A stretch of DNA of 62,455 nucleotides, counting the filler. It is 4 parts of 4 records of this genome, joined end to end, with 100 filler letters (N's around TTAATTAATTAA, not from the genome) between each part and the next. Parts side by side here need not be neighbours in the genome. Positions count along the whole stretch, not along the records: positions 1 to 27,392 come from DRR723986_13535; 3 more parts are not named here. One strand, given 5' to 3'. Made by a program: the position numbers and the translations under genes. Below the pieces are notes generated by a model. The model was not told the DNA's origin. It did no database searches and saw nothing but the letters and a program-made list of their open reading frames with translations. This document shows, one piece after another, positions 1-8,996 of the stretch; position 1 is the stretch's first letter; the number at the start of each line of letters is the position of its first letter.

Positions 1-84
1 CAGCCGGCGCAGAAACGGTTCGTCATCATCGACCAACAACAGCGTTTTGTCAGGTCCGATGTCAGGCTGGGTGCTCTCTGCCAT
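1..84 (-). CDS. regA: Redox response regulator RegA/PrrA, N-terminal 28 codons (runs off the window)
   Basis: Minus strand from ATG at 84 reads MAESTQPDIGPDKTLLLVDDDEPFLRRL. Lies downstream of senC in the conserved regB/senC-regA arrangement. Not in the ORF track. Confidence 0.9.
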   Translation of the reverse strand, partial: MAESTQPDIGPDKTLLLVDDDEPFLRRL

Positions 85-172
85 GCTATTTCTTTCCGCT
101 GTTTTTCGTTATTGTTTGCTTGGTCCCGAGTATTACCAGCGCCTCAGCAAAGGTCAAACGCCCAGTCGCAGA

Positions 173-793
173 TCACATCTGATCCAGAAAACAGCCAACT
201 TGGTCGGCCATCTGCTCTGGCGTCACATCCCGACGGAAAAATTCAACGAAACCCTGCTCAGGCAAAACCAGATAAGTAAAGGTCGAGTGATCAACCAAAT
301 AGTACTCGTCGCTCTTATCCTGTGCTTTGTAATAGGTTTTGTACGCTTTGCTTGCCGCTTTGACCTGCTCAGGTGAACCGGTCAGCGCGATCATCCGTTC
401 ATGCAGGTTTTCAGCAAAGTCCCCAACAACTTCGGGCGTGTCGCGGTCCGGGTCGACCGAGATGAACACCGGCGTGACGGATTGGCCACGTTCTGTCAAA
501 ATATCAACGGCTTCTGCGTTGCGGGATGTGTCCATCGGGCAAACATCCGGGCAAAAAGTATAACCAAAATATACCAGCGACGGCTCTTTGATGACGTCTT
601 TGTCTGTGACGGTTTCACCTTTGGCATTCACCAACTCAAAGGGACCACCAATCGCACCAGCGCCCCCAGCAACCTGGCTGGCGCGACACTGGGCAAACTG
701 ATCCCCAGATTTGGACCCCATCGTCAAAAACCAAGTTCCCCCGACAATAAGAGCCAGGGCGACAGCAGCGAGGATTGCATAAATACGAGTCAT
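173..793 (-). CDS. senC: SCO1/SenC/PrrC copper chaperone
   Basis: CPDVCP motif, YLVDHS motif and N-terminal TM anchor. Start moved to ATG 793 (MTRIYAIL). Confidence 0.92.
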   Translation of the reverse strand: MTRIYAILAAVALALIVGGTWFLTMGSKSGDQFAQCRASQVAGGAGAIGGPFELVNAKGETVTDKDVIKEPSLVYFGYTFCPDVCPMDTSRNAEAVDILTERGQSVTPVFISVDPDRDTPEVVGDFAENLHERMIALTGSPEQVKAASKAYKTYYKAQDKSDEYYLVDHSTFTYLVLPEQGFVEFFRRDVTPEQMADQVGCFLDQM

Positions 794-892
794 GACGATT
801 ATAGCCTTTGGTCGTAGAGAAGAGTGTGTTGATCGTTTTCGCGCGGACACCTATCAAGATACCCAGCCGTTGCAACAGGACATAGGTGACCA

Positions 893-2290
893 ATGCCAGA
901 TTCCAACATGAGCCTTTGGCCTGGACGGGAACGCAGCAATTGGATTCGGTTGCGGACGCTGATTTTGCTGCGGTGGGTCGCCATTGTGGGACAGATTACC
1001 GCAATCACTGTCGCCCAGTGGATGTACAACATGCAGATCGAAGTCGGATTGTGTTATCTGGCAATCGGGGTGTCTGTCGTTGCCAACCTCGTTGCGATCT
1101 TCATTTTCCCGGAAAACAAACGCCTGACGGAATATGAAAACTTTCTGATGGTTTTGTTCGACCTGCTCCAGCTCTCATTTCTGCTGTACCTGACGGGGGG
1201 GTTGCACAATCCATTTGCCTTGCTGTTGCTCGGGCCAGTGACCATTTCCGCCAATGTGCTGGGCACCCGCTCGACCCTGATCATTGGGGGCGCTGCGATC
1301 ATTCTAGTCACCCTGCTGGCGGAATTTCATCTTCCCCTCAGGACGGATCAGGGTTTCATCATGCGGATCCCCGACATCTTTGTCTTTGGGAACTGGGTGG
1401 CTGTGATCATCGCGATTGTCTTTCTTGGTGCCTATTCGCATCGGATCAGCACAGAAACACAATCAATGTCCGAGGCCCTGTCCGCCACACATATGGCCTT
1501 GGCCCGTGAACAAAAGCTGACGGATCTGGGCGGCGTTGTCGCGGCGGCAGCACATGAACTCGGAACTCCACTGGCGACCATCAAGCTCACCAGTGCTGAG
1601 TTGATCGAAGAGTTGGATGACCGCCCCGATCTGCGCGAAGATGCCGCCCTGATCCGCGAACAAGCAAACCGATGCCGCGATATTCTGCGAGACATGGGCC
1701 GGGCTGGCAAAGACGATCTGCACTTGCGACAGGCCCCTCTTTCAACCGTCATCCACGAAGCCGCCGAACCCCATATGCATCGCGGAAAATTCGTGCACTT
1801 CGAAGAGAAACCCGGTGAAGGCGGCGGCATGCAGCAGCCGTCGATCCTGCGCCAACCCGAAGTCATCCATGGCCTGCGCAACCTGATCCAAAACGCCGTT
1901 GATTTCGCCCGTGCAAACGTCTGGGTGGATGCAGAATGGACCGAAAATCAGATTTTTGTCCGTATCATGGACGATGGGCGCGGCTATCCACCCCAAATGA
2001 TCGGACGCATCGGGGACCCCTTTGTGCGCAAACGCCGCTCGGACATAGATCGCAAAGCGCGACCCGAATACGAGGGTATGGGCCTTGGCCTGTTCATCGC
2101 GAAAACCCTGCTCGAACGCAGCGGCGCCGAACTAAGCTTTGCAAACGGGTCCGACCCTTACCAAGCCTACACAGCGAAATCGGAACGTCGCGGCGCTATC
2201 GTCCAGGTTGTGTGGCCTCGCAACATCATTGATGCCCAAATCGGTGAAAATGCCGTTCCCAAAGGCCAAAACCAGCCGTTTCAGTTCTAA
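893..2290 (+). CDS. regB: Redox sensor histidine kinase RegB/PrrB
   Basis: GGLHNPF quinone-binding motif, H-box AAAAHELGTPLATI, redox Cys in RCRDIL, G-box GMGLGLFI; divergent from senC. Confidence 0.95.
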   Translation: MPDSNMSLWPGRERSNWIRLRTLILLRWVAIVGQITAITVAQWMYNMQIEVGLCYLAIGVSVVANLVAIFIFPENKRLTEYENFLMVLFDLLQLSFLLYLTGGLHNPFALLLLGPVTISANVLGTRSTLIIGGAAIILVTLLAEFHLPLRTDQGFIMRIPDIFVFGNWVAVIIAIVFLGAYSHRISTETQSMSEALSATHMALAREQKLTDLGGVVAAAAHELGTPLATIKLTSAELIEELDDRPDLREDAALIREQANRCRDILRDMGRAGKDDLHLRQAPLSTVIHEAAEPHMHRGKFVHFEEKPGEGGGMQQPSILRQPEVIHGLRNLIQNAVDFARANVWVDAEWTENQIFVRIMDDGRGYPPQMIGRIGDPFVRKRRSDIDRKARPEYEGMGLGLFIAKTLLERSGAELSFANGSDPYQAYTAKSERRGAIVQVVWPRNIIDAQIGENAVPKGQNQPFQF

Positions 2291-2291
2291 A

Positions 2292-2307
2292 TTAAGCTAT
2301 CATTAAC
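2292..2307 (+). promoter_or_regulatory. CtrA binding site
   Basis: TTAA-GCTATCA-TTAAC is an exact TTAA-N7-TTAAC match, 55 nt upstream of the divL-like start. Confidence 0.8.
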
Positions 2308-2362
2308 CTATAATCGCGCACTAGTTGTATGGATCCGTCAATCAACAGGACACCGTACAACG

Positions 2363-3874
2363 ATGAGTGACTGGCTTATTGTGACAATAATTTGCTTGGT
2401 CTCAGTTATTGGGACTGGTTTGGTGTTGAGACCGCGCCGACAAAAAGTTGGCTTTAGCCGGGATTTACTCAGACCCGGCAGCAGTCGGGATCAGGTTTAT
2501 CTCTTTGATGGTAGTCAGTTACTCGATCACACCAATCTCGGAAGCCGCGCCAATCAAGCCCCTGTTTTGGATTGGGGCGGACTGCGACGCGCGTTGGCGG
2601 TCGAGTTTCCCGGCTTTCCAACCACGCCAGACGAGGTGAAAAGCAAAGGCGAAATCATCGTCCTGCCCATCGATGGGAACCAAAACCATGATATCTTGTG
2701 CGAATGGGTGGATGGGATCGTGCGCGTCCAACTGCGTACGTTAAACCCCGGCAAAGGACCCGGTTCCCCCGGTCAGCAAGACCCTTTGCGGGTTGCCATG
2801 GACAAAGCCCCTTATCCGGTCTGGTACTTGAACAAAAACAATCAGGTGCGGTGGTGTAACCATGCCTACACCAATCTTGCACGCAAGGTGCGCGGCCAAG
2901 ACCCTGATCTGAACACCCCCCTGTTTCCCGAAGACGATATTTTCAAACTGCCAAGCAAAAAGTCCCGCGTTTCAATTTCACCGCAGGACCAGGACCATAA
3001 GCTTTGGTTTGATGTGTCTATCGTGTCCGAAGAAGAGGGCAATCTTTGCTATGCGGTCGACATCAACGCCGTCGTAGATGCCGAGTTGGCGCAGCGAAAC
3101 TTTGTGCAAACCCTCGCAAAGACTTTTGCCCAATTGTCTATCGGCTTGGCCATTTTTGATCGCAATCGGCAGCTGGCCCTGTTCAATCCCGCCCTCATCG
3201 ACTTGATCGCCCTGCCCGCCGAATTCCTGAGCGGCCGCCCCGATCTCTTTGGGTTCTTTGACCGGCTCCGCGATCAAAACATGATGCCAGAGCCGAAAAA
3301 CTATAGCAGTTGGCGCCATCAGCTGGACGACCTGCTAAAGGCTGCGGTTGACGGTCATTACCAAGAAACGTGGTCGCTGCCCTCTGGATCTGTTTATTCC
3401 GTGAGCGGGCGGCCCCACCCCGACGGTGCTGTGGCCTTTCTGTTCGAAGATATTACTGCAGAAATCACCCTCACCCGCCGCTTTCGAAGCGAGCTTGAAC
3501 TGGGTCAATCCATGATGGATCGCCTGGACGATGCGGTTGCGACATTTTCCTCGGATGGCACGCTGGCGTTCTCAAACCGATCATATCACCAACTGTGGCA
3601 AGTCGACCCCGATCTCAGCTTTGCCCAGATTACGGTGCAAGACGCGACAAAGATCTGGCAGGATCAATGCATTGCCACGCCAGTTTGGGGCCGCATTCGC
3701 GATTTCGTAGATCAAAGAGACACCCGTTTGGAATGGACTGCCAAGGTGACAACCCGCGATGGGGTCACTTTATCCTGCACCATTTGCCCGGTTCATGCGG
3801 GTGCAACTATGGTGCGTTTTCAGAAAAACAGCACCGCAAACCGGCCAACCCAACAGGTCCAATTGGCTGACTGA
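2363..3874 (+). CDS. divL: Multi-PAS protein, Rhodobacterales kinase-less DivL homologue
   Basis: N-terminal TM, several PAS-like segments (LSIGLAIFDRNRQLALFNPA; GRPHPDGAVAFLFEDIT), no H-box. Lies between regB and tsaE with a CtrA box upstream. Confidence 0.7.
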   Translation: MSDWLIVTIICLVSVIGTGLVLRPRRQKVGFSRDLLRPGSSRDQVYLFDGSQLLDHTNLGSRANQAPVLDWGGLRRALAVEFPGFPTTPDEVKSKGEIIVLPIDGNQNHDILCEWVDGIVRVQLRTLNPGKGPGSPGQQDPLRVAMDKAPYPVWYLNKNNQVRWCNHAYTNLARKVRGQDPDLNTPLFPEDDIFKLPSKKSRVSISPQDQDHKLWFDVSIVSEEEGNLCYAVDINAVVDAELAQRNFVQTLAKTFAQLSIGLAIFDRNRQLALFNPALIDLIALPAEFLSGRPDLFGFFDRLRDQNMMPEPKNYSSWRHQLDDLLKAAVDGHYQETWSLPSGSVYSVSGRPHPDGAVAFLFEDITAEITLTRRFRSELELGQSMMDRLDDAVATFSSDGTLAFSNRSYHQLWQVDPDLSFAQITVQDATKIWQDQCIATPVWGRIRDFVDQRDTRLEWTAKVTTRDGVTLSCTICPVHAGATMVRFQKNSTANRPTQQVQLAD

Positions 3875-3915
3875 ACCTGCTTGCAGCCAACCGGGCAGAC
3901 CGTCATTGTGGCACC

Positions 3916-4389
3916 ATGATTGCTGCACCTGTTTCTATCCCTCTCGACTCCCCTGAAATCACCGCAGATCTGGCCGCCAAACTTGGGGCCAGATTGTCTC
4001 CGGGTGATTGCCTTTTGTTGGTCGGTGAAATCGGTAGCGGCAAAACCCATTTCGCCCGCAGCCTGATCCAAGCGGTGATGGACATCCCCGAAGATGTGCC
4101 ATCCCCCACATTCACGCTGGTGCAAATCTACGACACGCAACTGGGCGAAATCTGGCATTCAGACCTCTACCGTCTTTCCGATATTTCTGAGATCGAAGAG
4201 CTGGGACTGTCAGAGGCGCTTGAGAACGCTGTCTGCCTGATCGAATGGCCTGATAGGTTGGGTCCGCTCACACCAGCAAACGCCCTGACCCTTACCTTTG
4301 CAGCCGACCAACCCGGCGACGACCAACGCAGCCTGACCCTAAGTTGGACAGACCCCAAATGGCCGTCCCTTCTGGAGACCCTGATATGA
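3916..4389 (+). CDS. tsaE: tRNA t6A biosynthesis ATPase TsaE
   Basis: Walker A GEIGSGKT, VPSPTFTLVQIY, HSDLYRL and LIEWP motifs. Confidence 0.93.
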   Translation: MIAAPVSIPLDSPEITADLAAKLGARLSPGDCLLLVGEIGSGKTHFARSLIQAVMDIPEDVPSPTFTLVQIYDTQLGEIWHSDLYRLSDISEIEELGLSEALENAVCLIEWPDRLGPLTPANALTLTFAADQPGDDQRSLTLSWTDPKWPSLLETLI

Positions 4390-5390
4390 CAAATCGTGCC
4401 GTCCTGGCCCAAGCTCTGTTGGCACAGACCGATTGGTCCAACGCCAAGCGCGCCCCACTGGCCGGTGATGCCTCCAACCGCAGATACGAACGGCTGACGG
4501 ACCCTGACACCGGAAAGACAGCTGTGTTAATGGACGCCCCACCGGAAAAGGGCGAAGACGTGCGTCCCTTTGTTCGGGTATCCGAGCATCTGCGAGCCTG
4601 CGGTCTAAGCGCACCGGAAATTTATGCCGAAGATGCGGAATATGGGTTCCTGCTGCTCGAAGATCTGGGCGATGACCTTTTTGCCCGCGCAATTCCTAAA
4701 TCCCCCAAAATCGAACGGATTTTGTACGAAACAGCAACCGACGTTCTGGTCGAACTCCATGCTGCACCGATCCTGTCACTCGACAGCTACGGCCCCACCT
4801 TGATGACCAAACTCGCCGCGCTGGCGCTGACAAAATATGCCGCTGTGATTAACGGGTCATTGGACACCGATGCCGTGGCGCGTTTCGAAAAACGGTTCGA
4901 AGACGTACTGCGGCAAACAACCCAAGGCCCCAAAGTGCTCGTGCAGCGGGATTACCATGCTGAAAACCTGTTATGGTTACCCGACCGAGACGGAACCAAA
5001 CGCGTGGGCCTACTGGATTTCCAAGACGCCATGCTGGGCCACCCTGCCTATGATCTTGTTTCGCTGCTGCAAGATATCCGCCGGGACGTTCCAGCCGGTA
5101 TCGAAATGGCCATGATCAACCGATATATTGCGGCCACCGGAACAGATGAGCACGCATTCCGCACTGCCTATGCGGTGCTTGGCGCCCAGCGCAACCTGCG
5201 GATTTTGGGTGTTTTTGCCCGGTTAGGCTCTGAACACGGCAAACCCCACTATGTTGATATGATCCCCGCTGTTTGGACGCACCTGATGCGGGATCTGGAT
5301 CATCCCGCCTTGGCCCCTGTATCCGATTTGTTGCGTCAGGCCCTGCCGCTGCCCACTGCTGAGGCCTTGGAGAAGCTCAAAATCTCATGA
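4386..5390 (+). CDS. amgK: Anomeric MurNAc/GlcNAc kinase (APH family)
   Basis: GDASNRRYER, RDYHAENL and LLDFQDA motifs; tsaE-amgK-murU synteny; ATGA overlap with tsaE. Confidence 0.8.
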   Translation: MTNRAVLAQALLAQTDWSNAKRAPLAGDASNRRYERLTDPDTGKTAVLMDAPPEKGEDVRPFVRVSEHLRACGLSAPEIYAEDAEYGFLLLEDLGDDLFARAIPKSPKIERILYETATDVLVELHAAPILSLDSYGPTLMTKLAALALTKYAAVINGSLDTDAVARFEKRFEDVLRQTTQGPKVLVQRDYHAENLLWLPDRDGTKRVGLLDFQDAMLGHPAYDLVSLLQDIRRDVPAGIEMAMINRYIAATGTDEHAFRTAYAVLGAQRNLRILGVFARLGSEHGKPHYVDMIPAVWTHLMRDLDHPALAPVSDLLRQALPLPTAEALEKLKIS

Positions 5391-6073
5391 CCTCAATTGC
5401 ACCCTCCATCATGCTCTTCGCGGCTGGATTCGGGACTCGCATGGGCCCCCTGACCAAAAACTGCCCCAAGCCGCTGATCCCGGTCGCAGGCGAGGCGTTG
5501 ATTGATCACACGCTTAAACTGACGCGTGAGATCCCCCACAGAAACACCGTCGCTAACATACATTACCTTCCCGACATGATGCGCGACCATCTGCAGCCAC
5601 TTGGTGTACAGGTATCGCACGAATACCCCGAGATTCTGGAAACGGGGGGTGGGTTGCGCGCGGCTTTGCCGATGCTGGACACCAATCCCGTCATCACCAT
5701 GAACACCGATGCGATCTGGGCCGGGCCAAACCCGCTGTCGTTGTTATTAGAAAACTGGGACCCTGACCGCATGGATGCACTGTTGACGTGCGTCCCAATA
5801 GCACAGGCAGTCGGACACAACGGGCCGGGTGATTTCACAGCCAATGAAAGCGGACAGATCACGCGTGGACCGGGCTTGGTTTATGGCGGCATTCAGATCC
5901 TGAAAACGGATATGCTTGATACAATCCCTGAAAAATCTTTTTCTTTGAACGTCTTGTGGAACCAGATGATGGATCGCGGTACCTTGTACGCCGTCCCCTA
6001 CCCCGGTCGATGGTGTGATGTGGGCCACCCTGAGGGTATCAAACTGGCAGAGGATCTATTGGCGGATGTTTGA
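5387..6073 (+). CDS. murU: MurNAc-1-phosphate uridylyltransferase
   Basis: FAAGFGTRMGPLT..PKPL, LETGGG and WCDVG motifs; follows amgK. Confidence 0.82.
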   Translation: MTSIAPSIMLFAAGFGTRMGPLTKNCPKPLIPVAGEALIDHTLKLTREIPHRNTVANIHYLPDMMRDHLQPLGVQVSHEYPEILETGGGLRAALPMLDTNPVITMNTDAIWAGPNPLSLLLENWDPDRMDALLTCVPIAQAVGHNGPGDFTANESGQITRGPGLVYGGIQILKTDMLDTIPEKSFSLNVLWNQMMDRGTLYAVPYPGRWCDVGHPEGIKLAEDLLADV

Positions 6074-8996
6074 TCCCAACCCCAACGCCCGTGTCTTTGC
6101 TGTTGCCCCCGGCGTGGATTTCCCCCGCGCGTTGGTCGATGGCCTGCGCACCCGCACCGCGCACCTGCCACCCGAGGGCATGGCGCGCGTGCATCTGGTG
6201 ATCAACACCAAACGGATGTCCCGTCGGATACGACAGTTGTTTGATGAAGGCCCCGCTTGCCTGTTGCCACGGCTTTCGATGGTCACGGATCTGGGCACCT
6301 CTGGGGATATGACCCGCCTACCCGCCGCCGTCCCACCATTGCGTCGACGGTTGGAGCTGACGCAGCTGATTTCCCGACTGTTGGATCAGCAACCCGATCT
6401 GGCTGCGCGCGCGTCGCTCTATGATCTGGCTGACAGTCTGGCGACGCTGTTTGATGAAATGCAGGGCGAAGGCGTCCTGCCCGAAGCCATTCGCCAGCTC
6501 GACGTGAGTGATATGTCCGGCCACTGGGCACGGGCGCAGAAATTCATCGACATTGCCGAACATTTTGTCGGCTCGGATGATGAGGCATTGGATGTTCAGG
6601 CCCGCCAACGGCGTGTGGTGGAAAACCTGATCGAGCATTGGCAGACCTCACCACCTGATCACCCTGTCATTCTTGCTGGGTCTACCGGATCGCGCGGTAC
6701 AACCTTGATGCTGATGGAGGCGATTGCCCGCCTGCCCCAAGGCGCATTGATCCTGCCCGGCTATGACTTTGACCAACCCGATTCAGTTTGGACCGAGTTG
6801 GACGAGGCCCTGTTGTCAGAGGATCACCCCCAATATCGGTTCCGCAAACTGATGACAGCCTTGGATCTGACCCCAGATCAGATCGAACCATGGGTATCCA
6901 CGCAAGCCCCCGCCCCCGCGCGCAATCGGCTAGTGTCTTTGTCCCTGCGCCCTGCCCCGGTCACAGACGCGTGGATGAGCGAAGGTCCACAGCTGACTGA
7001 CCTGCCGCAAGCCATGGAAAACGTAACGCTGGTCGAAGCGTCCTCACCCCGAGACGAAGCACTTGCCATTGCGTTGCGGCTGCGAGAGGCCGCCGAAACG
7101 GGGCAAACGGCCGCCTTGATCACGCCCGATCGGATGTTGACCCGTCAAGTCAGCGCCGCGCTGGACCGGTGGGACATCTTGCCCGATGACAGTGCCGGTC
7201 TGCCCCTGCAGCTGTCGCCGCCTGGTCGGTTTTTGCGCCATGTCGCCGGGTTGTTCGTTGACCGCCTGACGGGTGAATCACTGCTCACGTTGCTAAAGCA
7301 CCCCCTGTGTCATGGTGGCGGGGATCGCGGCAATCATCTGCGTCATACACGTGATTTGGAGCTGGATCTGCGCCGTAATGGACCACCGTTCCCAGATGTC
7401 GAAAGCCTTGGCGGCTTTGCCGAACGACGAGAGGTCACGCCCCACTGGCTCAGTTGGATTTCCACGCAGTTTTGCGATCAGGTCATCACAGGTGAATTGC
7501 CACTTAGCACATGGGTGGACCATCTGCGGACCGTGGCCGAGGCTATTTCCATAGGCAGCCAACCGGAAACCGATGGCCCCCTGTGGGAAAAAAACGCCGG
7601 TCAGAAAGCACTCAAGGTTCTCAACACTTTGACTGACGAAGCCCAGCATGGCGGCAACATGACCGCGCGCGATTTTGCTGACCTTTTGGGGGCGTTGTTG
7701 GCCGGGGAAGAGGTGCGCGATCGCGATGCCCCGCATGAGCGTATCATGATCTGGGGAACGCTAGAGGCCCGTGTGCAAGGTGCGGATCTGATGATCCTTG
7801 GCGGATTGAACGAAGGCAGTTGGCCCGAGGCCGCCAGCCCTGATCCGTGGCTGAACCGCCAGATGCGGGATCAGGCCGGGTTGTTGCTGCCGGAACGACG
7901 GATTGGGCTATCAGCGCATGACTATCAACAGGCCATCGCCGCGCCCGAAGTCTGGCTCACCCGCGCCACCCGATCTGATGATTCAGAAACCGTCGCGTCG
8001 CGCTGGCTGAACCGCTTGACGAACCTGTTGCAGGGATTGCCCGACCAACAAGGCCCCGATGTCTTGCAGGACATGCGCAAACGCGGCCAGACGTGGCTAG
8101 ATTGGGCCGAGGTGTTAGAAGACGCCCCCCGGATCGACCCAGCCACACGCCCGTCACCGCGCCCCCCGGTTCCTGCACGGCCCCGTCAACTGTCGGTGAC
8201 CGAGATCAAGCGTTTGATCCGTGATCCCTATGCGATCTATGCGAAACACGTGCTGAGGTTGAAGCCCTTGGATCCTTTGGTTCAAGCCCCCGATGCCCTA
8301 TTGCGGGGGATTGTGATCCACGAGATCTTGGAAACGTTTATTCGCGACAGCTTGGAAGACCCGTCCATTTTGAACCGGCATGATTTTCTGGCTCGGTCCA
8401 AGGGTCTGCTTGAAACACACGTACCTTGGCCGACTGCGCGTAAGCTGTGGTTGGCGCGGATTGAACGGATCACGGACGCCTTTATTGCCAGCGAAATTGA
8501 ACGTCGCAAGGACGGTGGCCCAATCGCGTTTGAATCCAAGCTGAACCTTGCGCTGGATCCGCTTGATTTCAAGCTCGTTGGGCGTGCGGACCGGCTCGAC
8601 CTAAACAGTCGTGGGGCGTTGCGAATTTACGACTATAAGACAGGTGCACCGCCCACCCCTGCGCAGCAATCCAAGTTTGACAAGCAGCTCTTGATCGAGG
8701 CGGCAATGGCCGAAGAAGGCGGGTTTGAGGGGATGGATCCGATGCCCGTCGCACAGGCGGTTTTCATTGGCGTTGGCGGCACCTTTAAAGAGGTCCCCGC
8801 CCCGTTGGACAAAGAACCCCCAGCCAAGGTTTGGGCAGATCTGCGCACATTGATCGAGGCATATTTTGAACCGGATCAAGGCTTTACCTCGCGGCGGATG
8901 CTGCACATGGACACTGACATTGGCGATTATGACCAACTGTCCCGCTTTGGTGAATGGGATCGAACCGCTGACCCGATGCCCGAGGATCTGACATGA
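6066..8996 (+). CDS. addB: Double-strand break repair protein AddB
   Basis: AGSTGSRG, GLNEGSWP, LSVTEIKRLIRDPYAIYA and nuclease motif GRADRLD..DYKTG. Start moved to ATG 6066. Confidence 0.93.
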   Translation: MFDPNPNARVFAVAPGVDFPRALVDGLRTRTAHLPPEGMARVHLVINTKRMSRRIRQLFDEGPACLLPRLSMVTDLGTSGDMTRLPAAVPPLRRRLELTQLISRLLDQQPDLAARASLYDLADSLATLFDEMQGEGVLPEAIRQLDVSDMSGHWARAQKFIDIAEHFVGSDDEALDVQARQRRVVENLIEHWQTSPPDHPVILAGSTGSRGTTLMLMEAIARLPQGALILPGYDFDQPDSVWTELDEALLSEDHPQYRFRKLMTALDLTPDQIEPWVSTQAPAPARNRLVSLSLRPAPVTDAWMSEGPQLTDLPQAMENVTLVEASSPRDEALAIALRLREAAETGQTAALITPDRMLTRQVSAALDRWDILPDDSAGLPLQLSPPGRFLRHVAGLFVDRLTGESLLTLLKHPLCHGGGDRGNHLRHTRDLELDLRRNGPPFPDVESLGGFAERREVTPHWLSWISTQFCDQVITGELPLSTWVDHLRTVAEAISIGSQPETDGPLWEKNAGQKALKVLNTLTDEAQHGGNMTARDFADLLGALLAGEEVRDRDAPHERIMIWGTLEARVQGADLMILGGLNEGSWPEAASPDPWLNRQMRDQAGLLLPERRIGLSAHDYQQAIAAPEVWLTRATRSDDSETVASRWLNRLTNLLQGLPDQQGPDVLQDMRKRGQTWLDWAEVLEDAPRIDPATRPSPRPPVPARPRQLSVTEIKRLIRDPYAIYAKHVLRLKPLDPLVQAPDALLRGIVIHEILETFIRDSLEDPSILNRHDFLARSKGLLETHVPWPTARKLWLARIERITDAFIASEIERRKDGGPIAFESKLNLALDPLDFKLVGRADRLDLNSRGALRIYDYKTGAPPTPAQQSKFDKQLLIEAAMAEEGGFEGMDPMPVAQAVFIGVGGTFKEVPAPLDKEPPAKVWADLRTLIEAYFEPDQGFTSRRMLHMDTDIGDYDQLSRFGEWDRTADPMPEDLT

